Below, one piece after another: positions 52,033 through 64,000 of a DNA stretch of 64,000 bases. The notes under the pieces were generated by a model, which saw only the letters and a program-made list of their open reading frames with translations, made no database searches and had not been told where the DNA came from. This DNA is from Camelus dromedarius (lineage: Eukaryota): assembly GCF_036321535.1 (NCBI RefSeq), contig NC_087436.1:35838001-35902000 (forward strand). The letters run 5' to 3'. Position numbers and translations under genes: made by a program. Positions within the stretch are counted from its first letter, which is position 1. Each line of letters begins with the position of its first letter.

Positions 52033-53844
52033 GGAAACCAGTTCCTAACTTCAGGTGGCTTACATTTTTGTGAAAATGACATCAAGGTAGCTAAAGACAA
52101 TAACTACATATTGAAAAGTACATATAAAAAATATAAAGATGCTTCATATTTGCTGTTTAGTTTGCTAAGTCAGTGTCCACAAGAGTAAGCAAGACTTTAT
52201 CAAAGATTCAGAGATGTCAAAAGGAACTATAAAAGTTTTAAAGACTCTTCTGTTGACTCAGAGGCATGAAGAGTCATTCAGGAGGAGCTGAAAGATTTGG
52301 TTTCTGAGTCCTGAGTTTGTCACTTATTTGCTGTGGACTTCAGACAAATCAATTGCTTTTGCTTGTCTAGTCCTTTTGCTACAGCACTGTTCCCATAGCT
52401 AGGCACTCACATAGATAACACATACAAAAGAGTTTAAAACTATTGTCACTTTAGTGAAAGCTAAAACTGACATTTTGTTCACAGAATGACTCGGAATCAA
52501 CACATAAATCTATCATTCATCCAACATTAATGTCCACTGATTCTGTGGACAAACTGGTTGCTCTGCTAGACTTCTAAGAAGTACAAAACCTGATTTCTGT
52601 CATAAAGAATTTTATAGTTTGTTTCGGGAAACATGAGGTGGCTGGTTGCTCATGTTAAAATAACTACAAGGAGAAATATCCTAAGAGCTAAACAACTGAA
52701 ACAGAATTCAGTATAAAGGAGTTCAAAAGGAGAAGTCATTTCTGGATGGGGTTGTCATGATGGTTTAATGACAAAGCATTGATTTCAGTGGGCTGGGTAA
52801 GCAAAGAATACTTTGAAATTCTGGGGTATAGGTATAGAATTTCAAGGATAAGTGCACAAGAAAGAGTAGAGAGAGAACAAAGATCTCCAATAAGAACAGC
52901 AGACCAGCTGGTTATAACACCCTGTTTTCAAAGGGCAGTTTCTGATCAGGCAGGACAAGGAGGTTGCAGGCATGTCTACAGGAGGCTGCTAAGTACTGTG
53001 TGCCCTGCTTCACCTTGAGACAGGAACACTGCTGCTAGCTGCTCTCTCGACACAGAGAGCCTGAGACCTGGCCAAAAGGTGTGCCGTCCCATTTTGGATC
53101 TTTGGTCTTATCTCAGATATGTTGTTAGACTGATCATATAAAGAGTCAATCTATACTGGATCCTAATATATTGATCCTGATTTTTAGTTTAGGGAAAACA
53201 GTCACAAGAGGCTTCATGTAGGAAGAGCAGAGAGAGCCTACGTGGTTGTAACTGCTCCTTCTGTTTTCACTGTGTGGGGGCGACGAGAGAGGATGTCAGA
53301 AGGACTATTAATCAGCAAGACAGAAAAGTAACTTAAGTCTTTCTCTTTATTAGCTATAATAGCTCAAGCACAGTGAAAAGAAACCTTCTTGAATTAATGA
53401 GGCACACTGGAAGGTGATTTCTTTATGTCAAGCTGGCATGAAGACCTTGAACGATTATTAGACCCAGGAGGGCATAGACTACAAAAGGGGATTCAGGGCA
53501 AGACACATCACTTTAGTGAAACAGAGACAAACAGACGAAATTTAGATGCAGCTAACGCTTTTTGAAAAATTAATGTGAAATGTATTTAACTCTAACAAAT
53601 TGCTTTAGAAAGATTTTTTTTTTCTAGAGCTAGATTCATGATTACCCTAAAAATCACCATATTAAGAAGACTTTTACATTTTGAAGAAAAGGGTAAGAAG
53701 CAAACTCAATTATCTAGCTCCAGATAAATTATCTGGTTATTGAGACGATGCAAAACGTACTCCATCTTGTAGTAACATCATCCAATACTGTTGTGGTAAA
53801 TATAAAGATTGAACTGATAAAAGGAGGAAACAATGAAGGGAAAT

Positions 53845-54075
53845 AACACTTATGAAGCACTCTTTATGTGTCAGGCCTTGTTTCTTGGTGCCTTCATATT
53901 TATCATCTCATTTAACCCTCAAAACAAAATTCTGTCACACAGATATCTTACAAATGAGGAGACTGAGGTTCAAAGAAGTTAAATAACTTGCCTGAAACAA
54001 TCCTGAAAGAAAAGAGCTACAATTCAATTAAAAGTCTACTCAACTGCGACATTAAAAATTCTTTTCTTCCACTTT
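53845..54075 (-). mobile_element. MIR SINE
   Basis: ctcatttaaccctc...ttacaaatgaggagactgaggttcaaagaagttaaataacttgcc. Confidence 0.7.
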
Positions 54076-57000
54076 ATTGCCTCTCTTGAAAGTTGAATTC
54101 ACAAATCTTGATATATGAAATAAATGTTATGACCGTCCATATTATTTGTAAATGTATAGTGGGTACCTGGCTCTTAGATATTTTCAGTTTTACTTAGTGA
54201 GATAATCACTAGAAGGTGGATAACATCCAAATGCAAATAAACATTCAACTCAAATTTTACAGACATCGTCAGCCTATGTCAGCATATTCCTATACAGAGA
54301 GGAAGTTATGTATCTTATTCATGTCTCTGTTCTCAAGCACATAGTGCACAGGGAATGGGTTCAGTCATGACTTTCATGTACATATATTTGTGATTGCTGA
54401 TTTCCTGTCAGTGGGTAAGATAAAAGTTTCCCTAAAGTAACTAGGATAGTTTGATATAAGACAAATAAATGGAGTGGAATCTGCTACAAGTAACTGAAAA
54501 AACAAAAATCAAAGCAAGAGAAAACAATAGCTATAACCAAAAAAGACTTCTTATTTCCTCCTGAACTGAATTCCCAACCACTTTTAAATGGCAACATGTT
54601 TTTCCATTGACTGGGAGCTACAGCCAAGAAGCCAAAGACAATGAGGTTCTGGCCACCGGGAGAGCAGCGGGCCGCAGAGATGGCTGAGGGATGCCGCCTG
54701 CTGCAGCCACTCCTTAGAGGCTTGCTCCCTAGTGACCACATTCCCCGTTCAGCTGGCGACAAACTTCCTCCTGGGACTCTCCTGAGGGTTAGCAAAAAAT
54801 GCTTCAATTCTCTGTATACCCTCTCCAGGGAGAGAAAATGGAGTAACTCAGTAGTGTATAATGAGCTACTTCAAACACTGGGCCTGTGTAAGCTTTTATG
54901 GAACAATGTTGACTAGGAAAAATAAAGCACCAGGTGAAAAGAAAAATTTTTTAAAAGTAATCCCCCCAGCTCAGTCTTTTAATGAGTGCCAGTAATTATC
55001 TCCATCCCAATCGTTCTCTTCAACTTTTTAATTAAAAATAAAAATAAAAATAAAATACTCACTACAGTTAAAATAAAGTTTGTTTCCAAAAAAGAGTGTC
55101 AGCAATTTCCTCATCTCCAGCTCACCTTGCCAAATGCTTGTCCATATAACTAAGAGTGTACAGCCAAACTAAATTAATCTCATGTAACACTGCATATACT
55201 ACTGTCCTGTGAAGACAATTAACCGAGTCCATAGTTTCATTTTTATACCACAGAATGGCCACAGAGACACTCCAGCTCTGAGAAAGTAGCTGTGACCATA
55301 GCAGGGAGCACGGCTACAAGAGGATTCCTCTCTGACTAATGAGAATAGGAAGTCTATTCTTCAGAAATATAGGTAAAAAATCTTTTTTCCCTTTCTCCAG
55401 TTTATTAAGTGTTTGCTAGGGATGTACTGTGGAGAAGCTTCTATGCTGAAGGATATGGCCTTGCTGCAGAAGGAAATAAATTGGTTACATTAGTGGTAAA
55501 GAACTGAGCCTGAGGAGTCAGGAGACTGAGTTTCTAGCTTTGAATCTATTTTACTATTTAAAAACATTTCAAAACTAATTTTGGCTTTCAAACATTGCAG
55601 CACCATTTTCATTCTGATAGAAAGAGGAAAAAAAAGATGAGAGAGATCTTATACTTTATGTGAAGCTAAGTTTAATCTGTCTTAAATTTCCTATTTATTA
55701 ATTTTAAGACTTTAAAAGAGAGAATGGTTCTCTTCAAACAATAGGGGACCTATGTGAATTACCTAAATATTCAGACCAAACCGTCACACAGAACAAAATA
55801 TGTGGAACAAATCTGCTTTATCCAAACTGAAAATCCTAGAACTACTACGACATAGCTCTGGAATAAATGTCCATGAAGTTGTAATAAAATATTCTGATTA
55901 TAATTCGGATCACAGGAGGATAACCTTCCCTCTCCCAAGCATCATGGGACACAAAAATGTAAATTGAGGGACAGAATTTTCTGCTACTTTTCCAGTGACT
56001 ATTTTTAGAAGCTCTGATATAAAAATTAATCTGAAATGAGTATGCTTATATTTCAGACTGAATAAGGCATGTACTACGTAAGAACTAGCAAGTTGCTACA
56101 ATAATTCCTGGCACCAAATGAGTTTTTTCCTTTCAGCCAGACAGGACCTCATTGGCTTTGATTTTTGTTTTGCACTTCTGTGTTACTACTATGAATTACT
56201 TCAAAGTGAGGAGGGCATATTTATACCTAGCTAACTGCTCGTCCACTTCACTCAACTCAAGTGAAAGATTTATGGTTTCTTCTCCTAGCTGTTTCCTGTA
56301 AACTGACATATCATATACAGGATGCCAGCCCTGGTCTCACATCAAAAACTAAATTCTAGAAATGCTGGAGCAGTCAGTTAGTAGGAACTATATGTTCATT
56401 TTAACTTAATGGATAGTTATGCCAAAGAGATACTCTGAAATAATAAAGATTATTTTAAAGGTGAATGCACTTCAACTGTTTTTCAAGCTGCTTTCTGCAT
56501 GGCTTTTCCCCCTCTAATGGAATTTAAAAACTGAAAGGGGAAAATCAAATATATATTGCTCAGCTTAAAAAAACAAGGAGTAGATTTAGAATTTATTTTG
56601 GTTGTTGTTATTAGCTGTGAATGCACGATGTACTAAATCCAATTCCACATGTATATTTACCTACAGGACTCTCTGAGTACCACAAATGATCTGTTATGTA
56701 TATTAATTGGTTTGGTTTTTACAGAAGACAGATAAAAATAGCAAGAAAATCAGATTGTGGAATCCCAGTCTGCTGAATAATTCAGATGCAAAGAATCTAC
56801 AACTTTGTACTTTAAAAAGTATTAATTTCCCAGTACAAACCATATCAGTGGTATTCAGAAGATATTTTTATGTGGAGGAATACAGTCTGAACTTTTCTTT
56901 AAAAATGCATGTAGAAAAGATGCACAATTATTTTAAAATAAAATTTCGTAAATAAAAACAGCCTAAGTGAAGAGTCGCTGAGGAGAGAAAAAAATGTTCA

Positions 57001-57159
57001 TTTGCCACACTTACAAGTTTCACATTTTCACAGAGGTCTTGCTGTACTTGTTGAGAGTATATTTTTACTATTAAGGGCAGACTGGCTGTCCAATTAAGTT
57101 TTTTATGAGAGAATCTTTGTAGATTGAGATTATTTTTCAAAATGATAAAAGATGACAAT

Positions 57160-57390
57160 AATACAAGCTCTTTGCCAAGTCCTTTGTATTGTACAGAGCT
57201 TTCACGACATCCTAATCTCATTTTTATGATCTTTACGATAAAACGGTACAGGAAGTTGTATATCATTTCCATTTGATAGGTGAAGAAACCCAAGTTCAGA
57301 GAAGTGTGTAACTGGTTGGAAGCTGGGCATGAAGCCCATCAGTAGAATCTTCAACTTCTAAGTCCAGTGTCCTCTCCACTATATTATGCT
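57160..57390 (-). mobile_element. MIR SINE
   Basis: ccatttgataggtgaagaaacccaagttcagagaagt...ttctaagtccagtgtcctctccacta. Confidence 0.65.
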
Positions 57391-57629
57391 ACTTCTCTAG
57401 AGACTACATTTTGAGAAATAGTAAGGGCCAAGTAAAAACAATCGAAATATAATAGAGGCCAGGTAAAATGCAATTTAGTTTAGTGATTACCTGTCATGTA
57501 GTACATTTTCTGTTTTAAGATTTCTTAATATATAGTTATTTTAAAACAACTGGCGTCAAGCAGTCCTTTTGGTGGACCCCAAGCCACTGCTTTCCTCACA
57601 CCAAGGTATTTTGAGGGGATCTATCTTAC

Positions 57630-57794
57630 CTCTGCTCCTGAATATGTATCTGTTTGGAGGATGAGTTCATTCAGATCAACATCATTACTGATTGGCATAG
57701 AGTGAAACTGCAGGTTAAATATTTCCCTTCTTGTTGCTGCATCTGGTAAAGGCACATAGATGATTCTATCAATTCTTCCAGGCCGCAGCAAAGC
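57630..57794 (-). CDS. AFG2A: Penultimate coding exon of AFG2A/SPATA5 (165 nt, second-region-of-homology RPGR motif)
   Basis: Manual translation gives [55 protein letters not shown]. Acceptor is ccatcttctttatag, donor is GAG|gtaagat, phase 0/0. It joins in frame to the terminal exon ([13 protein letters not shown]). Confidence 0.96.
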
Positions 57795-58511
57795 CTATAA
57801 AGAAGATGGAGCAACACAGATGAACCAAGCTCAGAACTGACATTCCACATGGAAGGTACCCAAGGAAAGAGGATGTCCAGAATCTCATGAATAACTATTA
57901 CCCATAATTAGTAAATAAAACCAGTACTAGAGATTCCATAATCTATTTCAGAGGTTCAAACAATGTTAGAGTACTTTTGAAAACAGAAAAGCAGTATTTC
58001 TTAAAGGCTTTTTTTGCTCCTCAGCAACTGTCAGGTCAGTAAAAGATGACTATTCTCTTTTAAGGAAATGTGTACATGGCTTGTATTCATCTTATTAAAA
58101 AGACATTAAAAGACTTTTCTTGGGGTACCTTCCTGCAATAATTCTTAAAATATGGTTAAGCTGTTTCAAGAGCCCCCAAAATAGGCACAGCTCTGATTAA
58201 ACAATACTTCTAGAGCTGATGATAGTCAAATGAATTTCCCTAAAATTTTACTGGAGGTTAATGCCTAAATTATCTTAGAGCTAATGAAGTCATCTCTTCA
58301 GAAAAAATTATTACATATGTATTATATACCAGATATTGTTCCTGGTGCTAGGAACCAGCATGAGTAAGATGGATATGCGTAAAACTGTAGTGACAGTTAC
58401 ACATGTATGTAAGTATACTAGTAATCTCTGAATTGTATAACTTAAGTGGATGAATTTTAGGGTATGTGAATTATATCTCAATAAACCTATTAAAAGAGAT
58501 ATAGGTCTAAA

Positions 58512-58512
<1 letters not shown>

Positions 58513-58548
<36 letters not shown>
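58513..58548. repeat. (TG)18 microsatellite
   Basis: Read directly. Confidence 0.97.
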
Positions 58549-58552
<4 letters not shown>

Positions 58553-59729
58553 GAGGGAATGGGGCAGCTTTTAGTTGGGATGATGAGAGAAAGCCTCTCT
58601 AAGGAGGTAGCTTATGCAGATATCCAAAGGAGTCACCATACAAAGATCTACGGGAAGAGCATTCAAAGTACAGGGAACATCAGGTGCAAAGGCAACAATG
58701 ACTGGTATGAGCTAGGGAAAGAAAATAACCCAATAAAGTGAGAAAACGTAGGAAATGAGGTTAGAGAGATAGTCATAGGGAGGTTATAAGGCCTTAAACA
58801 ACATGGTAAAGAGTCTGGATTATATTCTAATTGCAGTGAGAAGCCAGTGGAAGGTTTTAAGTGGGAAGGTGAAATGGTGAAATATACACAAAAAGATCAC
58901 TCTTTTGGGACAAAATCAAAAGGTCTAACATATGTGTAATTAGAGTCCAAGAAGGAAAGAAAAGAGAAGATGGGGTAGAAAAAAATATTAGGAAAAAAAA
59001 AGCCAAAAATGCTCCCAAATTAGTTAAAAAAAAATTAAGTCACAAAATCAAGCTCAGTAAATTTCCCACAAAATAAATACAAAGAAAACCACATAAGAAC
59101 ACATTGTAGTCAAACTGCTGAAAACCAAAGATAAAGAAAATCTTAAAAGCTGCGAGAGTGAATACAGGGAACAATGATTTGAATCACCAATGACTTTTAA
59201 CCAAAACAACAGAGTGCGAAAACCAGAACAACATCTTTCAAGTGCTGAAAGAATAAAAATGTCATTCCAGAATTTTATTCCCAGAGAAAATACTCTTCAA
59301 TAATCAAGGAAAAATAAGGTCACTTTCAGATAAAAGAAAACTAAGGAAATCTGTTTCCAGCAGATCTACACTACAGAAAATGCTAAAGGAAGTTCTCCTG
59401 GTTGAAAGGAAATGACATGAAATGGAAAACTGAATTTCTAGGAAGAAATAAAGTACTGAAAATGAAATTCCCAAAAATGTAGACTCCTTCCCTCTCCCAG
59501 AAGTTACTCTACTTGCTGGCATAATCAGAAGTAGCACTTCTTGAATACTTAAGAGATACACACTTATAAATAGTGAAAAATAGCACATTTCCCTATGTGT
59601 ACTTATGAATATGAAGTATCCAGAAAGAAGGTGGGATAGAAGTAAATACAGAAAAGTAAGGAAGACAAGAACTTAGGCATGAACACCTTTAATTATAAAA
59701 CCTGAAACAAACAAACAAACAAAAATCCT

Positions 59730-59980
59730 GAAAATGTAGCTGGGACTATACCTAAGACACTACAGAAAATACAAATACTGAAACCTCATATGGTTGCTCT
59801 GTGGGAATTAGTTCTTAGGAAACTGGCACAAAAAATGATAATACTCTGTGAGTAATAAACTGTCCTCTGTCTCTGACTCAAGAGTCTCATGCCTTTCACC
59901 AGCTTCCATGAAAATTGTGGCAGGCTAACTAGTTACCGTTCAAATAGGGTAAAGCCTCAGAACCTTCATATTTCTTGACA
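59730..59980 (+). mobile_element. ERV1 LTR 3' fragment (MER34-like); left boundary uncertain
   Basis: AATAAA followed by gtctctgactcaagagtctc...gtggcaggctaact...ttcttgaca, ending in the LTR CA terminus. Confidence 0.55.
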
Positions 59981-60566
59981 TGTATGTTACTCATAATGGA
60001 AACTCAAAATATAAAGCAAATATTGCCAGGACTAAAAGAGATAAACATATAACTCTAAAATTGTAATAGGATTTTTTAACATTCCTCTTTTAGCAACTAA
60101 GAGAACTAGAAAACACACCAGTAGAGAGGATCCAACAAGACTATCAATCATCTTGACCTAATTGCTATTTATTTATAGACCACTACATCCAACAGCTGTG
60201 CAACACATATTCTTTTTAAGTGCACTTGGTATATTCACCCATATGATAATCCATAAAACAAAACTCAGCAAATTCATAAGTACTGAAATCACACAAAGTG
60301 GAGCTCTGACTGTAAGAGGGAGTTAGACACGAATAAAAATAAGACATACAAGAAAACCCCAAACATATGGAAATTAAATAACATACTTCTAAATAAGTCA
60401 TAGGTCAAAGAAGAAATCGCAAAGGAAGTTAGAATATTTTTCTAACATATGAAGATTTGTGGAATATTGTTAAAAGTGCTTAGTGACAAATTTGTAACTT
60501 TAAATGCTTATAGCAGGAAAGAAGGCTAAAATCAAAGACCTAAGTTTCAAGAGTATGTACAAGGAA

Positions 60567-61102
60567 TGAAAGTAACCTAAGTGTCCATCAGCAGATGAAC
60601 AAATAAAGATGTGGTATACACAGATACAATGGAATATTACTTAGCCATAAAAGGAAGGAAATACAGCTGCTTGCAGCAACATAGGTGGACCTAGAGATTA
60701 TCACACTAAGAGAAGTAAATCAGAGAGAGAAAGACAAATACTACACGGTATCACTTCTATGTGGAATCTAAAAAATAATACAAATGGCCTTATTTACAAA
60801 ATGGAAATAGACTCACAGACATAGAAGACTAATGGTTATCAAAAGGGAGGGGGGAGGGATACTTAGGAGTTTGAGATTAACAGATACACACTACTACATA
60901 TAAAACAGATAAATAACAAGGACTGACTTATAGCACAGGGAATTATATTGAATATCTTGTAATAACTTATAATGGAAAAGAATCTGAAAATGAATATATA
61001 TGTATAAATGTATATACACACACATATATAAAACTGAATCACTTTGCTGTATACCTGAAACTAACACAACATTGTAAATCAACTCTACTTCAATTAAAAA
61101 AA
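60567..61102 (+). mobile_element. 5'-truncated L1 3' end (cetartiodactyl-age type) nested in the old L1
   Basis: ORF2 end (...tatgtggaatctaa), 3' UTR and A tail. TSD aagagtatgtacaaggaa (60549-60566) / aacagtaagtacaaggaa (61103-61120), 16 of 18 identical. Confidence 0.85.
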
Positions 61103-63257
61103 AACAGTAAGTACAAGGAAGGAAATAATGAACTTGAGAGCATAAATCAATGAAATAGGAAACAAATAATAGAGAAAATCAACAAAGTCAAGGGAGGTTC
61201 TCTACAAAGATTTTTAAGAATTGATTAAATTCTAGCTAGACGAAACAAGAATAAAAGAACAAATCACCAACATCAGAAATCAAAAGGGGCTATCACTACA
61301 GATCCTAAAGATAGCAAAAGGATAATAAGAGAATATTATAAACAACTTTATGACAATAAAAAAGAAACAAATGCCTTGAAAAAGCCAGTTATAAAATGGA
61401 CACAGCATAAAACAGAAAATCACAATAGCCCTTTATTTTTAAAAACTGCAACTGAACTGATTGAAAAACTGAATCATTATGACCAACCTTCCCATCAAGA
61501 AAAATTCAAGCCCAGATGGTTTCCCTTCTGAAATCTACCAAAGAAGCAATCACATCAGAATTATATAACCATCAGAATATAGAGGAGGAAACACTTCTCA
61601 ACTTGTTTCATAAGGCCAGCATAATACTAATTCTAAAACCTGACAAAGATATTACAAAAAATGACAACTACAGATTAGTGACACCCTCATAAGCATACAT
61701 CTAAAAATTCTTTGAAAATATTAGCAAGTAGAATCTAACAATATATAAAATGGATAAATCATCACAATCAAGTAAGAATTATCCCAGGAATGAAAGGTTA
61801 GTTTAACACTCAAAATCCAATGAGTATAATTTAACCATAGCAACAGAATTAAAGGAGAAAATCTGTTCCATCATTTAAATATGTGCAGAAAAAGCATATG
61901 ACAAAATTTAAGATCTAGTCATGATTAAAAAAATCTCTCAACAAACTAGAAATGAAAGGAAACTTCTTCAATACCTACAAAAACCTATAAGTAAAATAAT
62001 AATTAATCTCAAAATTTTGAATGCTTTCTAACCTAAGATCAAGAACAAGGTAAAAACTCACCACTTCTACCAAACATTGTAACAGAGGTACTAGCCTTTG
62101 CAATAAGGCAAAACCAGGGCAGGGGGGATTTGGAGGAAGGAAGTATAGAACTTGCAAGAGTAAAAAGTAAAACTATCCTTATTTGCAGATGACATGATTG
62201 CTTATGTAAAACTCCTAAGGAATCTACAAAACAGCAGCAAGATTACAGGAGACAGGTTTAATATTAGAAAAATTGTATCTTTATATATTCAGCAGCAATC
62301 TAAACAGAAGAATGAAGTTAAAAAATCTACTTTATGGAAATACGTAAAAAACAAACAAAGGAATAAAATTAACAAAAGAATGCTTCATTAAAAACTACAG
62401 AGCACTGTTGAGAGAAATTAAAGATCTATACAGAGATTAACCACATTCATTGGAAGATTCAATATTATTAAGATATTCATTCTTTCCAAATTTATCTACA
62501 GTCTCAATGCAATTCCAATCAAAATTCCACAAAGACTTTAAAAAAAATGACAAACTGATTATAAAATGTATATAGAAATTCAAGTGACTGAGAATTATGA
62601 AAGCAAATCAAAAAAGGAACAAAGTTGAAGGACTTAAACTACTTGGCCTCAAAATTTATAATCTTAAAGAAATAAGACTGTGATAAGTCTAGAAGATAGA
62701 AATACAGATTTAAAAAACAGAATAAAGAGTCCTTATTGATTTTTATTTTTAAGGTATTCAATGAGGAAAGTAAAGTACTTTAAGAAATGATGCTTCAACA
62801 ATGGAATATCATATTTTAAAAATGAACATTGACCCTTCCCTCACCCCATTCTCAAAAATCAACTTGAGATGGATCATAAATCTCAATGTAAGAGTTCAAA
62901 CTATAAACTTCTAGAGGGAGTATAAGAGAAAAAAACTGATAAACCTGTCTTTTAAAAATTAAACCATTTTTCTCTTCTAAAAACTTCAAGGAAAAAAAGC
63001 AAGCCACAGACTGGGATAAAATACTCACAATGGGCAGGTATATTTGACAAAGAACTTGTATCCAAACACATAAAGACCCCCTAAAATTCAATGGTAAGAA
63101 AATAAACAACCCAGAAGAAAACAGGCAAAAGATCTGAACAGATCCAGACAAAGGAAACTATAAAGTTGGCAAGTAAGTAAATGTTGAGTAAAAAGATACT
63201 CAACATCATTGGCCATCAGATCAATGCAAATTTAAACCACAGTGAGATGTCATTATA

Positions 63258-63405
63258 GGGGAGGAGGGGATAGCTCAGTGGTAGAGCGCATGCCTAGTAT
63301 GCATGAGGCCCTGGATTCAATCCTCAGTACCTTCATATAAGCAAACAAACAAACCTAATTGACCCCAGCCCCCCAAAAATCCCCCACAAAAAACAAAAAA
63401 GAAAA
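63258..63405 (+). mobile_element. Vic-1-like tRNA-derived SINE nested in old L1
   Basis: tagctcagtggtagagc A-box, B-box and A-rich tail. Degenerate TSD gagatgtcatta / gaggtatcatta. Confidence 0.88.
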
Positions 63406-64000
63406 GAGGTATCATTACATTCTCATAAGAATGACTAAAATTAAAGACACCAACAATAACAAAGACTGAACAAGGATTATAGAGTAACTAGAACTTATAC
63501 ACTGTTAATGGGAACATAAAATAGTACAATCAGTTTTCCAAAGTGGTTGAGTGGTTAAGAGACTGACAGTTTCTTAAAACGTTTAACATTCTCCACTACA
63601 ACAATCCAGTTATTCTACTCCTAGGTATTTATCTAAGAGAAACAAATACATAATCCATGCAGACTTATACATAGATGTTCATGGCAGCTTTATTCAAAAT
63701 AGCTCCAAACTGTAAATAATCCAAATGTCTACCAATTCATGAATGGATAGACAAAATACGTATTTACATATAATAGAGTATCACTTGGCAATTAAAAAAG
63801 AACTATTGATATACTCAATAACATGCATAAGTCTCAAACTTCTGTTGAGCTAACGAAACCAAACATTGAAAAGTACATACTATACAATTCCACTTATACA
63901 AAATACTTAAAAAATTTGGTCTAATCTGTAATTATAAAAAGTAGACAAGTGGTTGTTTGGAGTCTGGGGTAGAGGGAAAGATGGATTGCCAAGGAGCAAA

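Larger units (their letters stand above)
2550..57629 (-). other. AFG2A: Last intron of AFG2A/SPATA5 (55,080 bp, GT-AG)
   Basis: Bounded by the donor at 57629 and the acceptor at 2550 of two exons that are contiguous in the protein. Confidence 0.92.
58905..64000 (+). mobile_element. Old degenerate L1 (L1M-type) with ORF1/ORF2/3' UTR remnants, running off the window
   Basis: Collinear A-rich remnants: ORF1-like 58905-59420, EN/RT-like 60000-62700 (ttatttgcagatgacatg = LFADDM at ~62179-62196), C-terminal and 3' UTR beyond. Many stops and indels. Confidence 0.85.

Noticed and set aside
63258..63335. tRNA-like sequence with A and B boxes
   Set aside because: It is a SINE head with an A-rich tail and TSD, not a cloverleaf tRNA gene. 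The same applies to the other three copies.
1..64000. A novel multi-gene or RT-associated system
   Set aside because: All coding signal is explained by two AFG2A exons and canonical LINE-1 ORFs. Nothing else supports a new system.

Overview
Eukaryotic (mammalian) DNA, most likely camelid judging by four Vic-1-like tRNA-derived SINEs. The window holds the 3' end of AFG2A/SPATA5 (AAA+ ATPase) on the minus strand: the penultimate coding exon (57630-57794, missed by the ORF track), a 55,080-bp last intron, the terminal coding exon (2373-2549) and a candidate poly(A) signal at 1646-1651. The introns are mostly repeats. The main one is a young, nearly intact full-length LINE-1 (29635-36743, antisense to the gene) whose perfect 13-bp target-site duplication closes only about 410 bp after its own poly(A) tail, which indicates a 3' transduction. 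There is also a 5'-truncated young L1, an old L1 with three nested insertions, DNA-transposon MITEs, L2/MIR/LTR remnants and microsatellites. I found no convincing new biological system. The best leads are the transduction, a ~110-bp local dispersed duplication, and a microsatellite-built cryptic (poison-exon-like) splice acceptor. Repeat subfamily names come from recall of consensus sequences and need RepeatMasker/Dfam confirmation.
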